Part shown: piece by piece, positions 21,950 through 35,800 of the stretch | Position numbering within the stretch: position 1 is the first letter of the stretch | Layout of the letters: each line of letters begins with the position of its first letter | NCBI GenBank assembly: GCA_944393565.1 | Contig: CALYAM010000004.1 | Location: forward strand, 12,207 to 76,206 | Length of the DNA: 64,000 bases | From: an uncultured Clostridia bacterium | GTDB lineage: Bacteria; Bacillota; Clostridia; TANB77; CAG-508 | Reading direction: 5' to 3' | Program-made: the position numbers and the translations under genes | The notes under the pieces: generated by a model | Database searches by the model: none | What the model was told of the DNA's origin: nothing | The model's input: the letters and a program-made list of their open reading frames with translations, nothing else

Positions 21950-23833
21950 TTACATTCCTGTTTTTGGAAGTTTTATTAACCCATTTAATTTAGAAATGTT
22001 GCTGTTTTGAGTATCTGTTTTTGTATTCTGATTTTGAATATTATTATTTATATTTTCATTTTGGTTATTTATATTTGTATCTTGATTTTGTGTATTGTTA
22101 TTTATATTTTCATTTTGATTATTTATATTTGTACTTTCGTTTTGTGTATTGCTATTTGTATTTTCATTTTGGTTGTTTATATTTGTACTTTCGTTTTGTG
22201 TATTGCTATTTATATTTTCATTTTGGTTGTTGATATTTGTGCTTTCGTTTTGTGTATTGCTATTTGTATTTTCGTTTTGGTTGTTTATATTTGTATTTTG
22301 ATTTTGTGTATTGCTATTTGTATTTTCGTTTTGGTTGTTTATATTTGTATTTTGATTTTGTGTATTATTATTTGTATTTTTGTTTTGATTGTTTATATTT
22401 ATATTACTTGTATATTCTTGATTATTATTATTTTCATTTGATGTATTAATTTCTGTGTTTGAAATGCTTGCTCCATTATTTGTGATTTCATTGCTACTAT
22501 TTGAAATTATATTATGTTCTTCTTTTATCGTATTTTCTGTCTCATGTTTTGATGTGTATTGTTGATTATCTTTTACTATAATTTCTTGTTTTGAGTTTTC
22601 TACGGTAATGTCTTGAGTATTGTTTTCATATTTAATTGTATTTTCTTGTGTATTGTTTACGGTTATTGTTAAGTTTTGGTTTAGGTCTAATTCAAAGTAT
22701 ATTTGATTTTCATATTTAGTATAGCCATCTTTTTGTTTTACTTCTTCTAGATAGTATGTTCCTGGTAGCATGTTAGTTAATTCAATTCTTCCTTGTGCAT
22801 TTGTTACTAAATCTGTATAAACGGGATTTTGGTTTTCATCTAGTATTCTAAATTCTACGCCATCTAAAGGAAATAAACTTCCTGTCTCTTGTTTTTTTAT
22901 TGTAATTTTAGTTTCATTCCTTTTATATGAAATATTTTTGCTTCCTGTTGCATCCTCATAAACTGCAGCTGTTAATGCATAATCTTGCCAAGTACTATTT
23001 GGTGCTTTTCCATAAAGTACAGGTTTTGTATTTAGTTTTGCAGTAACATTAACTGTAAAGCTACCTGATTGTTTTAAATTCTTTATAGGCATCATTATTT
23101 TAAAACGTTCTCCTGCACTAAATGTTGTTTTTACTTCATTTTGTTCACTCATTATTTTTGTATCTTCTGGATAATAGCCGGTAAGTGAAACAGTATAATT
23201 ATTATAATTAGTTGATACTCCTACTTGGAATGTTCTAAAAACCCATTTATCCCATGTTGGATCAATCTGCCATTCCTCTTGATTTGCTGTAATTTCAATT
23301 AAACCGCTCGGTTTTCCCTCTGTCGAAGATTTTGCATTTGTTAAGATTTTTATCATAGCACTTTTTACCCTTGCTCCTTGCTCTCCTATCGATTCATACC
23401 AATTAGGGTCTCTTCCGTAAATCATACAATATACAGCTTGCTTTGTTGCAGCAAACGCTTCTTTATCTGTATTACAGCCAAGCTCTTTAATTGTTTTATA
23501 TGGATACCCATTTGTAATTACTCTCCAAAGCATTACATCATTTAGTAATGAATCAACACTTACTGTATAACTTCCATTTTCTCCAACACCCGGCATGTTT
23601 GCATCTAAGCAATATGCTGGGTACTCTACTCCATCTTTTTTGTATACTACAAAAGTAGTTAATATCTCTACTCCATTATATCGTAGCATATTGCCATATG
23701 AACCTTTTGAATATAAATTAGCTTTTTCTATGAAGAACGCAGCATTGACAAAATTTCCAGCTTTTCCTATACTAGCTGTAAATAGCAACACCATTACAAT
23801 TAATATTTTGGCTATTTGTTTTATTTTTCTCAT
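21950..23833 (-). CDS. thioester-domain (TQXA-type) surface adhesin with a SpaA/Cna-B-like domain, an Asn-rich repeat stalk and a C-terminal LPKTG
   Basis: Signal peptide. YCLD (Cys) and TKQAVY (Gln) motifs as in thioester domains. GVEFRILDENQ...LPGTYYLEEVK..GY is a prealbumin-like fold. LPKTGM is followed directly by the stop. Confidence 0.75.
   Translation of the reverse strand: MRKIKQIAKILIVMVLLFTASIGKAGNFVNAAFFIEKANLYSKGSYGNMLRYNGVEILTTFVVYKKDGVEYPAYCLDANMPGVGENGSYTVSVDSLLNDVMLWRVITNGYPYKTIKELGCNTDKEAFAATKQAVYCMIYGRDPNWYESIGEQGARVKSAMIKILTNAKSSTEGKPSGLIEITANQEEWQIDPTWDKWVFRTFQVGVSTNYNNYTVSLTGYYPEDTKIMSEQNEVKTTFSAGERFKIMMPIKNLKQSGSFTVNVTAKLNTKPVLYGKAPNSTWQDYALTAAVYEDATGSKNISYKRNETKITIKKQETGSLFPLDGVEFRILDENQNPVYTDLVTNAQGRIELTNMLPGTYYLEEVKQKDGYTKYENQIYFELDLNQNLTITVNNTQENTIKYENNTQDITVENSKQEIIVKDNQQYTSKHETENTIKEEHNIISNSSNEITNNGASISNTEINTSNENNNNQEYTSNININNQNKNTNNNTQNQNTNINNQNENTNSNTQNQNTNINNQNENTNSNTQNESTNINNQNENINSNTQNESTNINNQNENTNSNTQNESTNINNQNENINNNTQNQDTNINNQNENINNNIQNQNTKTDTQNSNISKLNGLIKLPKTGM
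22025..22402 (-). repeat. 54-bp (18-aa) tandem repeat, about 7 copies, coding Confidence 0.
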
Positions 23834-26800
23834 AATATTCTCCTTCCTATATCTCTATACCTTGAATGCATCTTCTGTATTCAGGTTCATTTTCTACACA
23901 AGTAATTAGTGTAATTCTATTATCTTTAGTATTTTCAAGATATGTCCAATCTGTATCTTTTATTTTAGTAATTATTTCAACTTTATATTTTCGTACTTTC
24001 CCCTCATTATAATATTCAATTAAATCTCCCTTTTTTAAATTTTTTAAATTTGCAAAATAATTTACAGGATAGCCTCTATTATGTGCTGCCAGTGCTACAT
24101 TTCCATTCCAAGTATTTGTAACGGAAAAATGGCCTACATATTTATTCATTACATCGTCACTTGTTCCTTCTGCGATATTTGCTTCCAAATTAATGACTGG
24201 AATTACAATCTTCCACTCATTCTTATTTATATACATAGTTTTATTTGCTTTTGTCGAAGAATTTTTTTTATTTGAAGTTGTACCATTTGTGGAAGATTTA
24301 TTTTTATTTGTATTTTGATTTTTTATCACATTATTTTTTTGAATTTCATTAATAGAATTATTTAAGATGGTTTGATTAAAATTTTTTAATTCGTTAGAAT
24401 TTTCAAAAAATTTATTATGAAAAAAATTGAAAAGATTAAAAATTGAAATCGTTATAATTAGGGAAAGAACTATAATACCTCGGTTTGTATATGCTAACCC
24501 ATCGGCATTCCTCCCTTGTTTGTCTTATGATTTAAAAAAATTTAATGATTTAAAAATTGCAACTTTTAAAATATAATTTTATGATAATACAGATTTTATA
24601 AATTGTAAAGAAAAATCGTTCGACATAGTTTGCTATTATTTTGCTTGTTTCAACAACTGCACATTAAATATAATTATTTAAATAAAAAGATGCAATTAAA
24701 ATACTATTTGGTATTTATTGCATCTTTTTTAAGGGTAATTAATCTATTTTAAGACTTATGGATTTTTTATCTTTCAGTTGCTTATAGGCATTCACTTCTC
24801 TTTCTTTTTTATTTTTATTATATATCATTTTTTGTTTGCTTTTTTAATTATCGATAGGCATTCCTCCTTTTTTAAATTTTATTAATATCTAATTTTTTAC
24901 ACATTGTAACCTCCTTCCATTGTCTCCATTCTATCTAATATGTATGTCTTTTTCGTGAATTAATTTTGAAGTTTAAATGTATTTAATTATTCTCTTCTTT
25001 ATCTAACTCAAAATAAAATTCTACACCATTTTCTGTGTTAAACACTCCATAATTGTTGTTATAATTTGACATTATGGCTTTCACTAATGATAGTCCTATT
25101 CCTGTACCCCCATCCGAGCGATTTCTAGAACTATCTACTTTATAAAACCTATTCCAAATTCGATTTAGGTCTTCCTCATCGATTTTATCTCCTGTGTTAT
25201 ACACGCTAATACGTACTTTATTTATTTCATCCATTTGTTTTATTGAAATCTTAATCTTTTTCTGTCCATTAATTTCTTTTACATGTTTTATTGCATTTGT
25301 AAAATAATTTGTTACCACTTGTTCTATATAAAAGTCGTCTGCAAATACATATACTTCTTTAGGAGAATCCAGTTCAATACTAATTTTCTGTTCTTCATAC
25401 ATTATATTGCTTTTCCTTATAACTTCTTGAACAAGTTCTACAATATTAAATTTTTGATTATTAAATTCTCTTTTTCCGTACTCTAATTTCATAAGTTCTA
25501 AAAGCTGTTTAACCAAACGGTCCATTTTATTTGCCTCATCTAAAATTACTTCTGCATATAAGTCTCTACTTTCTGGATCTGTATTAACATTCTCTTTTAA
25601 TCCTTCTGCATAGCCTTGTATAATAGCAATTGGAGTTTTAAGTTCATGTGACACGTCTGAAATAAATTGCTTTCTCATCTCATCTATTTTGGATTTTTTC
25701 TCTATATCTTTTTCGAGTTCGATATTAGTTTGTTTTAATTGTTGTATTGTTATTTCTAACTTTTCAGATACAATGTTCATGTTTTTACCAAGTTCATTTA
25801 TTTCATCATCAGTATCTGAAATTCTATATTTTTTACTAAAATCCAATCTTGACATTCGTTTTGCTATATCATTTAGCTCTACAATAGGTTTAGTAAATTT
25901 TTTTGATATAACAAGTACTACAAATCCACCAATAATAATTGCTATCCCACCGATTAAGTAAGAAAAATTATTTGATATTTTTACACTTTCTCTAATTGAT
26001 GAAATTGGTATTCTAATATAAACAATATAGCCATTTTGCAAATTTCCTGAAAGTAAGATAAAATTCAAGCCATTTTTGCTATCTTGTGTCCTTCTTATTA
26101 TAATATTGTCATCTTTATATAGCACAGTTTTAGGACTAAACCAGCTACTAGCACTTGTTTCAATTTCAGTAATTTTGCCTATTGTTGAAGAAAAATCTTT
26201 GTTTGATGTATATATATTTATTCCTGAATCTGATTTAATAATAATATCAAAGTTATTATTAACAGCTGCCTTCTCTAATTCTAATTCTATATTAATATTG
26301 GAGTTTGGATTTGTATAATAAGAATTGATGCTTTGGTACACATTCATTAAATCTTTTTGTTTTGAATATAAATAAAATGTTTCTAAAACAATATTATTCA
26401 AAATGATCAAAAATGCAATAATAATTACAACAGCCAAACATAAAGTAATAAACAGTTTAAACCTTATTGATTTAAAGCCATTTTTTATATTTTCCATCCT
26501 TTCCTCCTATTTCATTTCAAACTTGTAGCCCACTCCACGCATTGTTTTAATATATTTTCCCTTTTTCCCTAATTTGTGTCTTATTTTTTTTATATGACTA
26601 TCTATTGTTCTAGAATCTCCATAATAATCATAATTCCATACATTATTTAAAATTTTATCTCTTGAAAGTGCTATGTTTTCATTATCTAATAAGTATTTTA
26701 ATAGTTCATATTCTCTTAAACTTAGTTCAATAGCTTTTCCATCAACACTAACAGTTCTTCCAGCTTCATCAATTATAATTCCATTGTACTCTTTAACTTC

Positions 26801-29800
26801 ATTTTGCTTGTCACCACAAGTTCTTTTCAAAATGGCTTCTACTCTTGCTACTAATATTTTAGGACTAAATGGTTTTGAAATATATTCATCAACTCCAAGT
26901 TCAAATCCAAATAATTCGTCTTGTTCTTCTCCTCTTGCCGTTAACATTATAATTGGAATTTTTGATTCTTGCCTTATTTGCCTTAATACTGACCATCCAT
27001 CTAATTTTGGCATCATAACGTCTAATAAGATAAGTTTAATTTTATCCTTTTTTCTTTCAAATATTTCAAGTGCCTTTTCTCCATCTTCTGCTTCTAGTAT
27101 AGAATACCCTTTTGCAGCTAAAAAATCCTTAATAAGTTTTCTCATTCTTTCTTCATCATCTACTATTAAAATATTAACACCATTCATATTATACAACTCT
27201 CTTTCTTTAACCATAATTATTATATATTATAAATGTGAATTATGTCTATAATGTGAATTATTTTTGTGTTTTACAGTATACGTTAAAACAAATCCCTCTT
27301 TTTTTAACGTTTTTCTATTTTTATCTGATTATCTTTGCTCAAATTTTTACACAAGAAGTATAAAGTGGTTTGTATATAAAAAATTAGAAGAACTGATATT
27401 TTATTATCAATTCTTCTAATTTTTAATTATCAATATATACAGTTTTATAAGATTATCTTATATATTCATTTAAAGGTTTTACGCGGTATTTCAATTCATC
27501 CATCTTTTCTGTTGTTATATAGCCAGGCTCCGCATTAATTACATCAGGGATTCTGTTTACAACTGTTGCACAAGTTAGTTCAACAGTGCTTGGCCTTGCA
27601 ATAACCAATGTTGTATTTGGTTCACCTTCGATTGTCCATTCATTTTTATCATAATCTTCTTTTGAATACACTTTTCCTATACATTCTGATTCTATTACAA
27701 TTCCTTCTTTTGTATTTGTTGTTACAACTGCACTCATTCCTGTTGCCATTCCTGCTTTTACAGTCATACCTAAAGTTGATGATACAATATCTTCTTTATA
27801 TGTCTGCGGAACACACTTTTGTGTTTGTGAAACTACTGTAAGACCTAATTTTGAACACAGCCAACCATTTACATTCCACATGTATGATGGCAAATACTCA
27901 CCTTTATTTATTATTTCTTGTCTTTTTTCATCTGATATGTTATCTGCAGAAGCAACCTCTCTTTCAAAGCTATCTAAATCAAGTCCAGCGCCATGAGCTT
28001 TTGCAAGTGCAATTCCATAATCTTCTACATTATAGCTAGAACTTCCCTTTATTTTTTTTATGGTGTGGGTAGATCCTGCCATTGCACTAATTAGTTCTCC
28101 CCAATATATGTCTTGATATCCACTACCAGTAATTGTACAATGGTTTTGTTTTGCTAATTTATCAATTTCTTCTGTAACATTTGGATTAGAGTTTATTGGA
28201 TAAAAAGCCTCTTCACAAGTTGTAATTGCATTTAGTCCTAATTTTGCACAAAGCAATAGTGCATCTTTCACGTCTTGAATTAAACTCATAGTTGTTACTA
28301 TTACTATGTCTGGCCTTGTCTGTTTTAATGTATTTTCTGCCTCTTCAGCTGAAACCACACATACACCTTTCTTTTCCGTTCCCATAATCTCTCCAATATC
28401 TTTTCCTATAACATTTGGATTTACATCAATTGCAGAAACAATCTCTCCTCCTTTTTCATAAACATAACGCATAGTATAAACTGACATTTTTCCCGCTCCA
28501 TATTGAGCAACTTTTACTTTTCTTTCCATAAAACACATTCCTTTCTAGAGCATTTCCGCTCTAAATAATATTGCATAATAAAATTATGTACTTTTAAATT
28601 ATTTTTATTCAATGTTTCTTTTGTTGGTCCTTTTCGTAAACACGTATTCTAAATCTGCACATCTGATTTCTTGTTTCTATTAATTTTATCTGATGTTCTA
28701 TTTCTTGAATTTGTTTTTGATATAATTCTTCAAGTAATTTTATTTGCTCTTTTGTAAGTATTTTGGTTGTAATTGTCTTTGCTTCTAGCGCTATTTTGCA
28801 ATCCGATACATCCATTTTTTTTACTTTTACCTTTTCTATGCTCTCTTTAATGCCATAAATCATCTTTTTTAAAAAAATAGCTATTGAAAAAGACGATTCT
28901 TTTTTCAATAGCACTAGTGCATTTGTTTCTACTTTCATGTTTTTCTCCAATTTCTTTTGTACTACTGAATTTTTACTTTTGTATTTTTATTTTTTCTTCT
29001 TGTTCTTTAAGTTCTGCAGATTCTCTTTCTAATTTTTTCATTTTTTCTTCTAGTTTTTCTTTTTTATGAATTAAATATCTCAAATATAAATCTTTATCTT
29101 CATCTTTTGTTTTTATCATTTTTTTACCTCGATTTTTATTATATCAAACACAATTTTTTTTGACAATATTTTTCTTGTAATTTTATAAAATTATGGTATA
29201 ATCGGTTTAAAGAAAGAGAGTTGAATTAGCTTATGATGCTTTCATCTGGTAGCAAAAATTTAGCAGAAGGAAAAGTATTAATCTTGTATATTTTAAATAA
29301 AATTGATAAACCCGTAACAAACGAAGCATTGTTAAAAATTGTTTGTACATTAACTGATATGAATTATTTTTATTTTCAACAATTTTTGTTAGATCTTGTA
29401 GATAGTAATTATGTTATATATTACTCAAATGGTGATGAAATGGTTTATGCAGTTACAAAAGAAGGTAAAGAAACGTTAAAATTAACAATTGATATTATTC
29501 CTGGTATACGTAAGCTTAGAATTGATAGCAATTTAAAAGATAATTTAGATAAAGTAGAAGAAGAAATTTCAATTACCGCCGATTTTATTCCACACAGTGA
29601 AACAGAGTATAGTGTTAAATGTAAAGTCGTAGAAAATAGTGTTACATTGTTTGAAATTGTAACATTTGCAGGTTCTAGAGAGCATGCAAAACAAATAGCT
29701 GATAACTGGAAAGAAAATGCGACTGAAATTTATCCACAAATTTTAGAATTGTTAACAGGAAAGTAGAATTATTTTTATACTCCATTCAAAAATGTTCTGC

Positions 29801-32800
29801 AATATTATTGTTTCTTTGTTTTTTGCCTTATTGCTTCATATAATACAATCCCAGTCGCAACAGAAGCATTTAGGCTTTCTGTTTTCCCAAGCATCGGTAT
29901 TTTTGCTTTTTCATCAGCCATTTTTATAATTTCTTTTGAAATTCCGTTTTGCTTCATTTCCAATAATTATAGCTGATTTGTTGTAAGATATATCATAAAT
30001 GCTTTTGTTTGTATCTAATGATGTTGCAATAACATTAAATCCATTTTTCTTTAATTCTTCTATTGTGTCTTTAAGATTATTAGATTCTATTACATTCACC
30101 CTAAATATTCCTGACATTGTAGAGCGAACTACTTTAGGTGAGTAAGCATCAACTGTTTCCTTAGACACTATAATTTGACTAAGTCCTATGCTGTCTACTG
30201 TTCTAATAATAGTTCCCAAATTTCCCGGATCTTGTATATTATCTAAAATAACAATTAGATCTTCTTTATAGTTTATTTGTGCCTTCTCCTTTTTTTTAAC
30301 AACTGCTAAAATGCCCTGTGGGTGCATTACTTCACTTATATATTCAAAAACTTTTTGGTTTACATATATAATATCGTATTTTGCAATTTCATATAACATT
30401 TTTTGTTTAAGTTCATTTTGTTCATTGCTATCATCGCAAATTACAATAACTTTTATATCTGCTCCTTCGGTAATTGCTTCATTTACCGTTTTTATTCCTT
30501 CTATTATATATAAACTCATTTCGTCACGGTACTTTTTTTCTTTTAGCTTATGGATTTGTTTTATTTGCTCATTTTCTTTGCTTGTAATTACTTGCATCTT
30601 TTCACTTCTTTCTTATATATTTAATACTAATTAGAATCAGCCTTTTCCATTCTTACTAGTAATTTTTTTATATTTGTAAGTAAATTATTTTCATTTATTA
30701 TTTTATATGTTATATATGGATTTTGTCCAGGTGAAAATTTAATTTGATTGCGGAATTCCTTAAATAATGTATCAACCAACTCCATTTGAAACATATCTGG
30801 TATAAATTGTAAAATTATATTATAACCTTTTTGTGCAATTTTACTAATGCCTAATTTTCTGCATAAATTTTTAATTCTTGCAATTTCAAGTAGATTTTCT
30901 ACTTCTATAGGAATTTTCCCATAACGGTCAATCAATTCGTCTGTAATATCCATAACATCTCCTTCATTTTTGCAAAGTGCAATCTTTTGGTATATTTCAA
31001 TTTTTTGGTTACTGTCTGAAATATATTCATCTGGTAAGTAGCTAGATACTGATAAATCAATTTGTACGTCTTGTTCTTCTTTTATTTGTATTCCTTTTGT
31101 TTCTTTAATGACCTCGTCTAGTAATTTGCAGTACATATCATATCCAACTTCATCCATATGCCCATGTTGCATTTCTCCTAGAATGCTACCTGCCCCACGA
31201 ATTTCCAAGTCTCTCATTGCAATTTTAAATCCTGATCCAAATTCTGTAAATTCCTTAATTGCTTTTAACCTTTTATCTGCAACTTCTGATAATAGTTTGT
31301 CTCTTTTATATGTTATATATGCATATGCTTGTTTGTCTCCTCTTCCTACTCTTCCTCTAATTTGATAAAGTTGTGACAAACCTAGCCTGTCTGCATTTTC
31401 AACAATGATTGTATTAGCATTTGGTATGTCAATTCCAGATTCTAATATTGTTGTACATATCAAAACATCTATTTTCTTTTGAATAAATTCTACCATGATT
31501 TCCTCAAGTTCTCTTCCTGACATTTTACCATGAGCAAATGCCACTTTGGCTTCTGGAACAAGGTTTGCAATTTCTTCTGTTTTTTTTATAATATCTTCCA
31601 CATTATTAAATAAATAAAAAACTTGCCCTCCGCGTTCTAATTCTCTTGTAATTGCTTCTTTTATAACTTCGTTATCATACTCTAATACATAGGTTTGTAC
31701 TGGTATTCTATTTTGTGGTGGTTCATAAATAACAGACATATCTCTAATTCCAACAATGGACATATGCAATGTTCTTGGAATTGGAGTAGCTGTCATAGAT
31801 AGCACATCAACATTTGTTTTCATTGTTTTTATTTTTTCTTTATCTTTTACGCCAAACCTATGCTCTTCATCAATTATTAATAAGCCTAAATTTTTAAATT
31901 CGATGTCTTTGCTTAAAATTCTATGTGTTCCTATAATAACATCTATTTCTCCGTAATTTCAATTTTTTTATAATTATTTCTTGCTCTTTTTTCGTTTTAA
32001 AACGGTTTAGTAATTCTACTCTTATTGGAAATTGTTCCATCCTTTCTTTAAAGGATTTATATTGTTGATTTGCAAGAATTGTTGTAGGAACAAGGTATGC
32101 AACTTGTTTTTGGTCCATACAGGCTTTAAACGCCGCTCTTATTGCCACTTCTGTTTTGCCATAGCCAACATCTCCACAAAGCAATCTATCCATTGGTTTT
32201 GGTTCTTCCATATCCTTTTTTACTTCTTCAATGCAACGTAACTGATCTTCTGTCTCTGTGTATGGAAATTCTTCTTCAAATTGTGTTTGCCAAGGTGTGT
32301 CTTTCGCGAAGGCATATCCTGTCATGTTTTGTCTTTTAGCATATAATTCAATTAATTCTCTTGCAATTTCTTTTAAATTAGATTTAACTTTTCTTTTTGT
32401 GTTCTGCCATTCCTTACTTCCTAAACGGTTTAATTTAGGCTTTGATTCACCGGGTCCTATATATTTTCTTATGTTGTCCATCTGATTAGTAGGAATATAT
32501 AATACATCATCATCTCTGTAGTTTATTTTAATATAGTCTTTTACAATTCCATCTGCTTTTATTGTGTTTACACCAGCAAATTGACCTATACCATTTGTTC
32601 TATGAACAACAAAATCTCCTGGTCTTAAGTCTGAAAATACTATTGTTTCACCCTGCTTAAATACACTAGGAGTTGCTCTTCTTTTCTTAAGCGGTGCAAA
32701 AAGCTCTTGCCCACTAATAACCAATAAATTAAAATCAAATGCTTCAAAGCCCGCAGAAAGAACTCCAGTAGTAACTAATACTTCTCCTGGAGTAATCTCT

Positions 32801-35800
32801 ATTTCTGAACCTTTTACTAATTTGCTTGGTATTTCTCTATATGTTAATTCTTCTACTAACTTTTTTGTGTTTTCCAAATTTCCGCCAAGTAGAACTACTG
32901 TTTTTCTTTCCAAACACGCTTTTTGTATTTCCTTAAACAGTAAATCCATTGAACTGCGAAAAAAGTTGACCTCCCTATAGCTAAAGCTATATCCGTTTCT
33001 TTTTGCATGCATAGTTTGTTTATCTATAAATCCTACATCTTGTTTTTCAAGATATATTGCTTGTTTTACTTTTAATTGATTCGTAAAATCTATATAGTCT
33101 CCATAAATACAAAGACTGTCTGGAATAATTTTCTTTTTCTCAATTAAAGTTTTTATTACAGAATTATTATCTTTTATAATGTTTTCTGACCTTGCTTTTA
33201 TTCTTGAGGCTTCATCTATAAAAATTAAAACATTATCTGGCAAATAATCTAAAAATGTCTGTTTTTGTTTATAAAAACTATTAAAATATCTATCTACTTT
33301 TTCAGTATAATCTCCACTTCTTATTATCTGAATATCTTCGTTTGTTGTATTTATATCGCCTTTTGCTTCATTCAAAATGTTTTTGCAAACTTGATCTATT
33401 GGTTGTTCTAATACAAATTCATGTACAGGATTTATATTTACTTCATTTTCCAGGTTGTCAGATCGCTGTGATACTAAATCAAAGTATCGTATTGAATCAA
33501 TTTCATCTCCCCAAAATTCAATTCGCACACCTCTTTTGTTTGATAAAGCTATATCTAGGATTCCTCCTCTGCTACTAAATTGTCCAATAGATTCTACTAA
33601 ATCATATCTTTCATAGCCTAGTAAAACTAGCTTTTCCTTTAGCTTATCCATTTTTATTGTTTGTCCTACTTTTAAATTAATTTTGTTTTTAAATAGCACT
33701 TCTTTTGCGGGTAATTTTTGCATTATAGCTTCTATTGTTGTAACTATCACTTTAGCTTCTTGTGTATAAATTTTGTTTAATACATTCATCCTTTGATAAT
33801 AGTTTTCATTGCTTTTTGCTATATAATCATAAGCAAATGTTTCTCTTTTGGGGAAAAGTAAAACTTCTTCTGTATAGTATTCTAAATCCTTTTGTATTTT
33901 TTTTGCTTGCAACTCATTATATGTGATAACTACAATTGGTCTTTCAGTATAAAAATGAGTGGAAAAAGCAAAATGTACTTTTCCACTATCTGTTAATCCT
34001 GATAACATTATAGGGTTTATTCTATTTTTTACGTCTTCTATATATTGACTATACTTTTTAAAGTTAGGTAATATTTTTACACTAGGTTCCATTTTATCTC
34101 CTTAGCTATTTATTTGTCTTGTTAAAGTTTAAATAAAGATTTATTGCCGTTTCTGGGCTGTCAGTTCCTTGTGCGTTTTTTATTGGTGCAAATTCCTCTT
34201 GTCTTTCAACACTTAGTACTAAAATATCATTTGCATATTTGAAACTGTCAAAAATAAAACTTTCAAATTTATATGCATTAGGTTTATCTGGAATTATTAA
34301 ATTTCCCTCATTATCAATATAATCGCACTTTTTTAATGCAGTATGATATGGCAATTTTTGAACTCCAATTTTTTCTAAAAGCTTAATGTTATACAATGCA
34401 CATCCATAATAAGATTGACCATATACTAATTGTCCATTTTCATCTCGAAGGTTTGCAAGTTCATCACTAATTTCTGTATATTCTACTACTCCTGGCTTTC
34501 CTCCTATTTTACAAACTACTCCTACTTTTTCTTCTGGATTTGCCTTTGTTACAGTTTTTGTGGATAAAAGCATGTTTTTACTTATTACCATTCCAATCCA
34601 TACTGGATCTATTAAATTTAATAAAATATTATCCACATTTCCTATCCCAAGCCATCTTATTCCTTCTTCGTTCATTTTTTTTATAAGTCCATTTTTGTAT
34701 AGTGCCTCAAATATGCCTCCATTTCCATCAGCAGCTTCTTTTATTTTATATTTTTTTTCCATTATAACTTTTCCATCTATATTTACCATTGCAAGCTTTC
34801 CTTGTTTGAAAAAAAATATTTTTTCTTTTGGGCAGTTAAAATAATTATTTTTTTCAAAAAAATTAATTGTATCCTCATTATTTTCATCGCTTGTCATAAT
34901 ATACCAATTAACCCATACACCATAATTTTTATATGTTTTTTTTACCTTCTCTGAAAAAATTTCAAAAATTGATTTTGGTTTTTCTAGTTTTATCATATAT
35001 GTACCCTTTGGTCCACTATGTCCGAGTCTTGTTCCGTTGCCCTCCTGCCATTTGGCACACAGCTATTTTCCCATCTTTAATTGCTTTTTCCCCAATTTTT
35101 TTATATGTTAACTTTTCATCTTCTCTTATATTTTTCATTATACTGTATTGTATTGGTTCTATCTTTTCCTCAGTCATTTTTTCTGATTTATTATTATATA
35201 ATTCATTTATCAATGATAAATCTATACATTCAATTTGCTTTTCTAATAGCAATCTTTCCTTATCTGATAGTTCTTCATAAAATTTAATTATATGGCTTTG
35301 TCCATACTTATTTAATTTTTTTTCTATATCTTGTTTCATCATATAACTCCTACTTTATTTTATGCACATGTTTATAATATACCACTCTTAGACGATTTTG
35401 TCTAGTTCTCATAGTTACAATAAACACCTTTTTAAAACATTTAGTATGTTTTAAAAAGGTGTTTATTATTACATAATTATTTTAAAAACATTTCATATGT
35501 GCGATATGCCTCATAAATGTCGAACTTACTTGTTACTTCATATGGAGAATGCATTGAAAGTACTGGAACACCACAGTCTATTACATCTATTCCTTTATTT
35601 GCTAAAATATATGCAATTGTTCCACCACCTCCTACATCTACTCTACCTAGTTCTGAAATTTGGTAATAAATATCATTTTCCTCTAACAGTTTTCTAATTT
35701 CTGCTACATATTCCGCACTTGCATCAGAGGCACCAGACTTTCCTCTTGCTCCTGTATACTTATTGAATCCTATTCCTCTGCCCACAAATGCTGCATTATT